A stretch of 24,129 nucleotides of DNA from a virus (Duplodnaviria > Caudoviricetes): IMG/VR virus record IMGVR_UViG_3300017649_000017, positions 1 through 24,129 of that record; one strand, written 5' to 3'. Under the pieces are notes generated by a model, which had not been told where the DNA came from, made no database searches, and saw only the letters and a list, made by a program, of their open reading frames with translations. The position numbers were made by a program, and so were the translations under genes. The first letter of the stretch is position 1. Each line of letters begins with the position of its first letter. Below, one piece after another: positions 8,550-14,966 of this stretch.

Positions 8550-9026
8550 ATGACCACGACCATCCTCGCCCTTGATCTGGGCACCACCACCGGCTGGGCG
8601 CTGCGCGGCAGCGACGGCCACATCACCAGCGGTTCCGAGAGCTTCCGGCCGCAGCGCTTCGAAGGCGGCGGAATGCGCTTCCTGCGCTTCAAACGCTGGC
8701 TCAGCGAGATCAAGCAATCCTGCGACGGCATCGACTGTTTGCACTTCGAAGAGGTGCGTCGCCACGTCTCGACCGACGCTGCGCACGCCTACGGCGGTTT
8801 CCTTGCCACGCTCACGGCGTGGTGTGAGCACCACCAGATCCCGTACCAAGGCGTGCCTGTCGGCACGATCAAGAAGCACGCCACGGGCAAAGGCAACGCT
8901 GGGAAGGAAGATGTCATCGCTTCCGTCACCGCGCGCGGGCACGCGCCGGTCGACGACAACGAAGCCGATGCCCTGGCGCTGCTGCACTGGGCAATTCAGC
9001 ATCACGACGATGGCCAGGAGGTGTGA
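8550..9026 (+). CDS. RuvC-like Holliday junction resolvase (phage type), 158 aa
   Basis: AAGGA SD; ILALDLGTTTGWA, FEEVRRH, TIKKHATGKGNAGKEDV, DDNEADALA motifs. Confidence 0.85.
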   Translation: MTTTILALDLGTTTGWALRGSDGHITSGSESFRPQRFEGGGMRFLRFKRWLSEIKQSCDGIDCLHFEEVRRHVSTDAAHAYGGFLATLTAWCEHHQIPYQGVPVGTIKKHATGKGNAGKEDVIASVTARGHAPVDDNEADALALLHWAIQHHDDGQEV

Positions 9027-9027
9027 G

Positions 9028-9231
9028 ATGAAAGTTCCCACACCCCAGTACCGCTGCCCCCTCGGGCGACTGCAACCCCAGGCCACCGATCTGGACGCCA
9101 TCAAGGAACGTGGCTGGCGTGACCAGCACATCCTGGTGGTCAACGCGTCCGATGAACGTCTGGACTTTATCGAGCGAGAGATCGTGCGCCGCATTGGCGA
9201 ACGCTTGTACGGAGGGGCTCGTCATGGCTGA
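9028..9231 (+). CDS. Hypothetical phage protein (67 aa)
   Basis: AGGAGG upstream, ATG just after previous stop; MKVPTPQYRCPLGRLQP... Confidence 0.7.
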   Translation: MKVPTPQYRCPLGRLQPQATDLDAIKERGWRDQHILVVNASDERLDFIEREIVRRIGERLYGGARHG

Positions 9232-9640
9232 GTGGACGATTGAGGATGTGGCGGCCCGCTTCGAGGAGGCCGCCAGCACCGGACGACGCCTGCCCCCCGT
9301 GCGTGTGCAGGGCTACTTCAACACATGGCCTGTCATCGTGCGCAAGGAGTGGGAGACGTTCGCAGCCGACGAGCACGTCTACCGACCATTTCCACCCACC
9401 CCCGATGCCATCGACCGAATGCTGGAGACGATGCGCTGGGTGCAGTGGCTGGAGATCGAGCAGCGTCATCTGGTGTGGATGCGCGCCAAGCGCTATGGCT
9501 GGCGAGACATCACGATCCGCTTTGCCTGCGACCGCACGACGGCGTGGCGTCGCTGGCAGCGGGCGCTGGAAATCGTGGCTGAGAAGCTCAACAGCGAAGG
9601 CATCCGTGCGCCCTCCAAAATCGTAGGCCAAGCAGGGTAA
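9224..9640 (+). CDS. DUF6362-like putative late transcription regulator (sigma region-4-like HTH), 138 aa
   Basis: GGAGG SD; MAEWTIEDVAARFEEAA...QRHLVWMRAKRYGWRDITIRFACDRTTAWRRWQRAL; last gene of the early operon. Confidence 0.75.
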   Translation: MAEWTIEDVAARFEEAASTGRRLPPVRVQGYFNTWPVIVRKEWETFAADEHVYRPFPPTPDAIDRMLETMRWVQWLEIEQRHLVWMRAKRYGWRDITIRFACDRTTAWRRWQRALEIVAEKLNSEGIRAPSKIVGQAG

Positions 9641-9648
9641 TGCTTGCC

Positions 9649-9678
9649 GCGTTTGTCCTTCGTTTCCTGCGTTTGTCC
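9649..9678 (+). promoter_or_regulatory. Direct repeat GCGTTTGTCC x2 with a central CGTTT, putative late-promoter regulator site
   Basis: Copies at 9649-9658 and 9669-9678 (20-bp period); TTGACG follows at 9682-9687; no convincing -10 hexamer. Confidence 0.4.
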
Positions 9679-9783
9679 CTTTTGACGCTCGTCGAGGCTG
9701 CAACAAATCACCCCGGTCGGGGGTAGTATTTCAGCTATCTTCTGGACAGCGGTGACGGTTCGGCGAGCGGCCCGAGGCAAAAG

Positions 9784-9833
9784 GGGTCCTTCCTGCCAAA
9801 AATCCAATGCGGGGGGCGCGAGCGCGGCATTCG
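9784..9833 (+). other. Candidate cos site (cosQ + cosN-like)
   Basis: GGGTCCT at 9784-9790 equals lambda cosQ; 21 nt later ...ATGCG-GGGGGCGCGAG-CGCGG resembles lambda cosN TTACG-GGGCGGCGACCT-CGCGG; phage encodes a GpA-type terminase. Confidence 0.6.
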
Positions 9834-9845
9834 CCTAGCGTCCGA

Positions 9846-9880
9846 CTGCAAACCAAGGTTTGCAGGGTTTGCAGTTTGCA
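9846..9880. repeat. GGTTTGCAG repeat cluster (cosB R-site-like)
   Basis: CTGCAAACC-AA-GGTTTGCAG palindrome (9846-9865) then GGTTTGCAG (9866-9874) and TTTGCA (9875-9880). Confidence 0.6.
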
Positions 9881-9907
9881 CCCGCCACAGTCCGCACCCA
9901 TCACGAG

Positions 9908-9943
9908 CCCGCCCACGGTTTTCCGTCGGCGGGTTTTCTTTTT
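9908..9943 (+). terminator. Rho-independent terminator upstream of the methyltransferase/late genes
   Basis: CCCGCCcACGG-TTTT-CCGTcGGCGGG stem followed by TTTTCTTTTT. Confidence 0.75.
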
Positions 9944-9957
9944 CCGAGGAACCGATT

Positions 9958-11367
9958 CTGAACACGCTCAACGTCGAGTACCGCAAGGTCGAGGCGCTGA
10001 TCCCCTATGCCCGCAATCCGCGCACGCACACCGACGAGCAGGTGGCCAAGATCGCCGCCAGCATCGTCGAGTACGGCTGGACGAACCCGGTGCTGGTGGA
10101 CGGCGACAGCGGCATCATCGCGGGCCACGGGCGCTTGGCCGCCGCGCGCAAGCTGGGCTTGGACGAAGTGCCAGTCATCGAACTGGCCCACCTGTCGCCC
10201 ACGCAAAAGCGCGCCTACGTCATCTCCGACAACCGGCTGGCGCTGGATGCAGGCTGGAACGAAGAACTGCTGGCGCTGGAACTGGCCGAGTTGTCCGAAG
10301 CCGGGTATGACCTTGCGCTGACCGGGTTCGAGGATGGGGAGATCGAGGCCCTGCTCGCGGACGACGTGATCGCCGATGAAGGCGACCAAGGCCAGGACGC
10401 CGGTGAATCGGATACGGCCGACGAGGTGCCTGAGACTCCGTTGGTGCCGGTATCTCGCCCTGGCGACGTCTGGGCCATCGGCTCACACCGTCTGATCTGT
10501 GGCGACGCCAGCGACCGCGCCGTGGTCGCCACGCTGATGCAGGGTGACGCGGCACGGCTGTGCTTTACCTCGCCCCCTTATGGCAACCAGCGCGACTACA
10601 CGTCGGGCGGCATCGCCGATTGGGACGGCCTGATGCGCGGCGTGTTCGGCAACGTGCCGATGGCCGACGACGGCCAGGTGCTGGTCAACCTCGGGCTGAT
10701 CCACCGCGACAACGAGGTCATTCCATATTGGGATGCGTGGCTCGGTTGGATGCGCACGCAAGGATGGCGGCGTTTCGCGTGGTACGTCTGGGATCAGGGG
10801 CCGGGCATGCCCGGCGACTGGGCGGGCCGCTTCGCGCCGAGCTTCGAATTCGTCTTTCACTTCAACCGCACCAGTCGCAAGCCCAACAAGATCGTCCCCT
10901 GCAAGCACGCAGGCCAGGAGTCCCACTTGCGCCCCGACGGCTCGTCCACGGCGATGCGCGGCAAGGATGGCGAGGTCGGCGGCTGGACGCACAAGGGCCT
11001 GCCGACGCAGGACACCCGGATTCCCGACTCGGTGATCCGCGTGATGCGCCACAAAGGCAAGATCGGTCAGGACATCGACCACCCCGCCGTCTTCCCGGTC
11101 GCGCTGCCGGAGTTCGTCATCGAGGCCTACACCGACGCGGGGGACATCGTGTTCGAACCCTTCGGCGGCAGCGGCACGACGATGCTGGCGGCCGAGCGCA
11201 CCGGTCGTGTCTGTCGCACCGTCGAGATCGCGCCGGAGTACGTGGATGTCGCCGTTCGGCGCTTCCAGCAGAACCATCCCGGCGTGCCCGTCACGCTGCT
11301 GGCCACAGGCCAGTCCTTCGACGACGTTGCCAAGGAACGTCTGGCCACCACGGAGGCCGCGCAATGA
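9958..11367 (+). CDS. ParB-N domain + beta-class DNA methyltransferase (SPPY motif, probable m4C), probable CTG start, 469 aa
   Basis: LIPYARNPRTH...IIAGHGRLAAA ParB/Srx motif; LICGD, FTSPPY, HPAVFP, EPFGGSGTT; GAGGA SD 7 nt before CTG 9958. Confidence 0.9.
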   Translation: MNTLNVEYRKVEALIPYARNPRTHTDEQVAKIAASIVEYGWTNPVLVDGDSGIIAGHGRLAAARKLGLDEVPVIELAHLSPTQKRAYVISDNRLALDAGWNEELLALELAELSEAGYDLALTGFEDGEIEALLADDVIADEGDQGQDAGESDTADEVPETPLVPVSRPGDVWAIGSHRLICGDASDRAVVATLMQGDAARLCFTSPPYGNQRDYTSGGIADWDGLMRGVFGNVPMADDGQVLVNLGLIHRDNEVIPYWDAWLGWMRTQGWRRFAWYVWDQGPGMPGDWAGRFAPSFEFVFHFNRTSRKPNKIVPCKHAGQESHLRPDGSSTAMRGKDGEVGGWTHKGLPTQDTRIPDSVIRVMRHKGKIGQDIDHPAVFPVALPEFVIEAYTDAGDIVFEPFGGSGTTMLAAERTGRVCRTVEIAPEYVDVAVRRFQQNHPGVPVTLLATGQSFDDVAKERLATTEAAQ

Positions 11368-12632
11368 ACGCCTCCTGGTTGGCCGACAAGATCGAGCAGT
11401 GGCCGACGGCCAAACTGCTGCCCTACGCCCGCAACGCGCGCACCCACTCGGAAGAACAGGTCGCGCAGATCGCCGCCTCGATTGCCGAGTTCGGATTCAC
11501 CAATCCGATCCTGGCCGGCAGCGACGGCGTGATCGTGGCCGGGCATGGACGGCTCGCCGCTGCACAGAAGCTCGGACTGGAAATCGTCCCGGTAGTCGTG
11601 CTCGACCATCTGAGCCCGACGCAGCGCCGGGCGCTGGTCATCGCGGACAACCGCATCGCCGAGAACGCCGGCTGGGATGACGCGATGCTGCGCATCGAGA
11701 TCGCGGCCCTGCAGGACGATGACTTCGACCTGTCGCTGACCGGCTTCGATGCCGATGCGCTGGCCGAGTTGATGGCGGGCGATGAGCCGGAGGGCGAAGG
11801 TCAGTCCGACGACGATGCCGTGCCCGAGGTGGCCGAGACGCCGGTCTCGCGCCCGGGCGACGTCTGGCTGCTCGGTGGTCATCGCCTACTGTGCGGCGAC
11901 TCCACCCTGGCCGAAAGCTACGAGCGCGTGCTGGACGGCGAGCAGGTGGACATGGTCTTCACCGATCCGCCGTACAACGTCAACTACGCCAACAGCGCCA
12001 AGGACAAGATGCGCGGCAAGGATCGCGCGATTCTGAACGACAACCTCGGCGACGGCTTCTACGACTTCCTGCTAGCGGCGCTGACGCCGACCATCGCGCA
12101 TTGCCGGGGCGGCGTCTACGTGGCGATGTCGTCCAGCGAGCTCGACGTACTCCAGGCCGCGTTCCGCGCCGCCGGTGGTCATTGGTCGACGTTCATCATA
12201 TGGGCCAAGAACACCTTCACGCTGGGCCGGGCCGACTACCAGCGCCAGTACGAACCGATCCTGTACGGATGGCCCGAGGGTGCGCAGCGCCACTGGTGCG
12301 GCGACCGTGACCAGGGCGACGTTTGGAACATCAAGAAGCCGCAGAAGAACGATCTGCATCCGACGATGAAGCCGGTGGAGTTGGTCGAGCGCGCCATCCG
12401 CAATTCGAGCCGCCCCGGCAACGCGGTGCTCGATCCGTTCGGCGGTTCCGGCACGACGCTGATCGCCGCCGAGAAGTCTGGACGGCTGGCACGGTTGATC
12501 GAACTCGATCCGAAGTACGTCGATGTGATCGTGCGCCGTTGGCAGGACTGGACTGGCAAACGAGCCACCCGCGAAGCGGATGGCCTGTTGTTCGATCAGG
12601 CGGCGAGCGACTCGTCGGTGATCTCGCAGTGA
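11364..12632 (+). CDS. ParB-N domain + beta-class DNA methyltransferase (DPPY motif, probable m6A), 422 aa
   Basis: ATGA overlap; LLPYARNARTH...IVAGHGRLAAA; LLCGDS, FTDPPYNV, HPTMKP, LDPFGGSGTT. Confidence 0.92.
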   Translation: MNASWLADKIEQWPTAKLLPYARNARTHSEEQVAQIAASIAEFGFTNPILAGSDGVIVAGHGRLAAAQKLGLEIVPVVVLDHLSPTQRRALVIADNRIAENAGWDDAMLRIEIAALQDDDFDLSLTGFDADALAELMAGDEPEGEGQSDDDAVPEVAETPVSRPGDVWLLGGHRLLCGDSTLAESYERVLDGEQVDMVFTDPPYNVNYANSAKDKMRGKDRAILNDNLGDGFYDFLLAALTPTIAHCRGGVYVAMSSSELDVLQAAFRAAGGHWSTFIIWAKNTFTLGRADYQRQYEPILYGWPEGAQRHWCGDRDQGDVWNIKKPQKNDLHPTMKPVELVERAIRNSSRPGNAVLDPFGGSGTTLIAAEKSGRLARLIELDPKYVDVIVRRWQDWTGKRATREADGLLFDQAASDSSVISQ

Positions 12633-12964
12633 ATCACAAACCCGGTCAGGTAAGGCAGGCCGCGCGGGATGCCGTAATCCTTGCTGGTTTGGCGTCCGAT
12701 CCTCCAACCCATCCATTGCCGGGTGGCGGCGTGGATCGCGTCGGCAAGGGCGTGACCTGCGTGCAGTTGGTTGAGGACGTCGTCGGCAAAGTGCCGTCCG
12801 TGGCGGCTGTCGAGGAAGATCCGGACAGATTCGAGGGGCTGGCTGGTGGTGTCCGAGATTGCGGTCATCGCCAAGGGCCACGCGGCGCTGGCCTGCTCGT
12901 TCATCGTGCCCCAAAAGCCCCAGGCATCGTTTTGGGTGGCGGGGATTTGCTGGGTGGTGGTCAT
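12596..12964 (-). CDS. Hypothetical protein (122 aa), cassette gene
   Basis: AAGGGAG SD; MTTTQQIPATQNDAWGFWG...FLDSRHGRHFADD; preceded by the conserved motif. Confidence 0.8.
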   Translation of the reverse strand: MTTTQQIPATQNDAWGFWGTMNEQASAAWPLAMTAISDTTSQPLESVRIFLDSRHGRHFADDVLNQLHAGHALADAIHAATRQWMGWRIGRQTSKDYGIPRGLPYLTGFVIHCEITDESLAA

Positions 12965-13002
12965 CTCGGGCTCCCTTCGGGTTGATCGTTGCGACGTCCG
13001 TA

Positions 13003-13033
13003 GTAACGCGCTGTTCGATTGAGAAGCCAAGCG
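13003..13033 (-). promoter_or_regulatory. Cassette motif copy 1 (putative promoter/operator)
   Basis: Minus strand CGCTTGGCTTC-TCAATC-GAACAGCGCGTTAC. Confidence 0.7.
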
Positions 13034-13063
13034 CCGCTTGGCCTCTTTCTCGAACAATTCCGC

Positions 13064-13423
13064 TCACCCGAGCCGAGCCACGTACCGGGCGTAATCGCCA
13101 CCCTCGGGATTGACGTAGAGGTAGGGGCGTCCCGGTGCGGTGACCTCGACGCAGAGGTAACCATCGCCGGTGCCGCCGCCCTTGCCGCGCAGCCAATCAC
13201 ACGACACCAACAGGCTGCGGGCAAAGGCATCGAATTCGGCAGTGGTGAGTTCCTTGGTTTCGGTGACGTAGATCCTGGTCTGGCCCTGGCCGCCGACCTC
13301 GCCCAGATCGGCGGGCTTGCGGGCAAACGGCAGTCGGACGCCCAGCTCCTCGACCTGGATGGCGTTGTCGCCAACCTGCAGGGTGCGCGGGGTGCGTTCG
13401 ATGGTGATGGTCATGGTGCTCAT
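13064..13423 (-). CDS. Hypothetical protein (119 aa), DUF6329-like C-terminus, cassette gene
   Basis: AAGGAG SD; ...ELTTAEFDAFARSLL...LYVNPEGGDYARYVA. Confidence 0.8.
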   Translation of the reverse strand: MSTMTITIERTPRTLQVGDNAIQVEELGVRLPFARKPADLGEVGGQGQTRIYVTETKELTTAEFDAFARSLLVSCDWLRGKGGGTGDGYLCVEVTAPGRPYLYVNPEGGDYARYVARLG

Positions 13424-13464
13424 TGCAGTTCTCCTTGGCTTGCGTCGTCAATCACGACACCAGC

Positions 13465-13496
13465 ATGAACACGCTGTTCTGCGGAGAAGCCAAGCG
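13465..13496 (-). promoter_or_regulatory. Cassette motif copy 2 (putative promoter/operator)
   Basis: Minus strand CGCTTGGCTTC-TCCGCA-GAACAGCGTGTTCAT. Confidence 0.7.
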
Positions 13497-13523
13497 TTTC
13501 AGGCGGCGTCGTGATCGAATTCC

Positions 13524-14039
13524 TCAGGCGATCCGGTAGACCCGTTCGCCGCCTTGGGCCTTGTCCGAGACGATGGTCAGGCCGAGCTTCTTCTTGAAGG
13601 CTCCAGCGAAGGTGCCGCGTACCGTGTGCGCCTGCCAGCCGGTGGCGTCGCAGATCTGGCGTACCGTCGCGCCCTCGGGGCGCTGCAGCATCCGGATCAC
13701 GGTGGCCTGCTTGCTGTTTTCGCGGGTGCGAGGTTTCGCCTCGACGTTTTCTTGCGCCCACGTGGCTTCTGCGGCTACCACGGCGGCTTCGATCTCCGGG
13801 TCTGCGTCCAAGGGCGCTGGCGCGGGACGGGCGCGCCCCATCGCGTCGTAGCCCTCGGCGGCGACGAACCAGTCGGTGCCTGAGGGGGTGATCAGGGCGT
13901 GGTTGAACAAGCCGTCGAGCACCTTCTTGCGCGCGCCGCCTTTGATGTTGTCGGGAAACCAGTCGATCTTGCCGTCGGTGTGTTCGAGGGCGTAGGCCAG
14001 GATCGCGTGCTGGGCCGGGGTCAGTTGGGTGGTGGTCAT
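13524..14039 (-). CDS. DUF3489 domain protein (winged-helix-like), 171 aa, cassette gene
   Basis: AAGGAG SD; RENSKQATVIRMLQRPEGAT...TGWQAHTVRGTFAGAFKKKLGL...ERVYRI. Confidence 0.88.
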   Translation of the reverse strand: MTTTQLTPAQHAILAYALEHTDGKIDWFPDNIKGGARKKVLDGLFNHALITPSGTDWFVAAEGYDAMGRARPAPAPLDADPEIEAAVVAAEATWAQENVEAKPRTRENSKQATVIRMLQRPEGATVRQICDATGWQAHTVRGTFAGAFKKKLGLTIVSDKAQGGERVYRIA

Positions 14040-14075
14040 TTGCTGCTCCTTCGGGGTGGTTGATCGGGTGACGTG

Positions 14076-14107
14076 ATGAACGCGCTGTTCGGCAGTGAAG
14101 CCAAGCG
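14076..14107 (-). promoter_or_regulatory. Cassette motif copy 3 (putative promoter/operator)
   Basis: Minus strand CGCTTGGCTTC-ACTGCC-GAACAGCGCGTTCAT. Confidence 0.7.
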
Positions 14108-14135
14108 CTTTCTGCTTGGCTCCAGCCGTTCTTGA

Positions 14136-14333
14136 TCAGCTGCCGGCCTTGTCCGCCTTCGCGGCCTTGCGACCCTGCTCGACGCCTGCGTTGAACGCGG
14201 CTTCAAGGGCATCGCGCAGGCACCAGACCGCCAGGTCATGGAAGTCGAGGCTGTCCGATTTGCGCGTCTCCAGGGTTTCGATGCGGAGGTGCTGCTGGGC
14301 GATCTGCGTGAGCAGGGTGTCGAGCTGGTTCAT
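14136..14333 (-). CDS. DUF6900-like small protein (65 aa), cassette gene
   Basis: GAAGGA SD; IAQQHLRIETLETRKSDSLDFHDLAVWCLRDALEAAFNAG. Confidence 0.82.
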   Translation of the reverse strand: MNQLDTLLTQIAQQHLRIETLETRKSDSLDFHDLAVWCLRDALEAAFNAGVEQGRKAAKADKAGS

Positions 14334-14367
14334 TTCCGTGTCCTTCGATGTGGTGGATGACGAACGT

Positions 14368-14398
14368 ATGAACGCGCTGTTCCAGATGGAAGCCAAGC
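14368..14398 (-). promoter_or_regulatory. Cassette motif copy 4 (putative promoter/operator)
   Basis: Minus strand GCTTGGCTTC-CATCTG-GAACAGCGCGTTCAT. Confidence 0.7.
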
Positions 14399-14438
14399 TG
14401 ATTCCGGGGGAATCACGAACGAATGATTGAAGGGGCCG

Positions 14439-14966
14439 ATGGGTATCTCGATTCGCGCTTACGCCCGTCACCGTGGCGTGACGGACACCGCTGTTCACAA
14501 GGCGATTCGCGCCGGGCGCATCACGCCGGAGGCTGACGGCACCATCGATGCAGACCGTGCCGACCGCGAGTGGGCGCGCAATTCGGATACGCCCAAGGCC
14601 GGAACGCGCGCCAAGCCCGCAAAGGTCGCCGTGCCGGAGGGTGGTGGCGACGGGCCTGGGGCCTTACCCGCTGGCGGCACCTCCTTGCTTCAGGCCCGCA
14701 CGGTAAATGAGGTGGTCAAGGCGCAGACGAACAAGGTGCGGCTGGCCCGTCTGAAGGGCGAACTGGTGGATCGGCCGCAGGCCATCGCCCACGTTTTCAA
14801 GCTAGCGCGCTCCGAGCGCGACGCGTGGCTGAACTGGCCCGCGCGCATTTCGGCGCAGATGGCGGCCAAGCTTGGCGTCGATCCGCACACGATGCACGTC
14901 GCCCTGGAGGCGGCGGTGCGTGAGCACCTGCAGGAACTGGGCGAGTTGCGTCCCCGGGTGGACTGA
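14439..14966 (+). CDS. terS: Terminase small subunit (Nu1-like), 175 aa
   Basis: N-terminal HTH (SIRAYARHRGVTDTAVHKAIRAGRI), coiled coil ending LKGELVDR; TGATG coupling to terL. Confidence 0.85.
   Translation: MGISIRAYARHRGVTDTAVHKAIRAGRITPEADGTIDADRADREWARNSDTPKAGTRAKPAKVAVPEGGGDGPGALPAGGTSLLQARTVNEVVKAQTNKVRLARLKGELVDRPQAIAHVFKLARSERDAWLNWPARISAQMAAKLGVDPHTMHVALEAAVREHLQELGELRPRVD

Noticed and set aside
9682-9730. Canonical sigma70 late promoter
   Set aside because: TTGACG has no acceptable -10 at 16-18 bp; kept only as part of a possible activator-dependent site
10560-11363. 690-aa version of MTase 2, and extended starts at 3381, 4873, 8572, 20204
   Set aside because: Extensions overlap upstream genes out of frame; downstream ATGs have SDs or stop-start coupling
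9958-12632. Restriction-modification system
   Set aside because: No endonuclease or specificity subunit nearby; treated as orphan MTases
13005-14382. GAAC-N5-GTTC as a LexA box
   Set aside because: Spacing fits neither GAAC-N4-GTTC (Firmicutes), GTTC-N7-GTTC (Alphaproteobacteria) nor CTGT-N8-ACAG (Beta/Gammaproteobacteria)
13003-14398. Four repeats as a CRISPR array
   Set aside because: Intervals are 290-610 bp and contain whole genes; repeats have a variable core; no cas operon
14360-14426. Near-direct repeat ACGAACG(T/A)ATGA flanking motif copy 4, plus hairpin TGATTCC-GGG-GGAATCA (14399-14415)
   Set aside because: Short and single-instance, no equivalent at the other copies; not enough to call a target duplication or terminator
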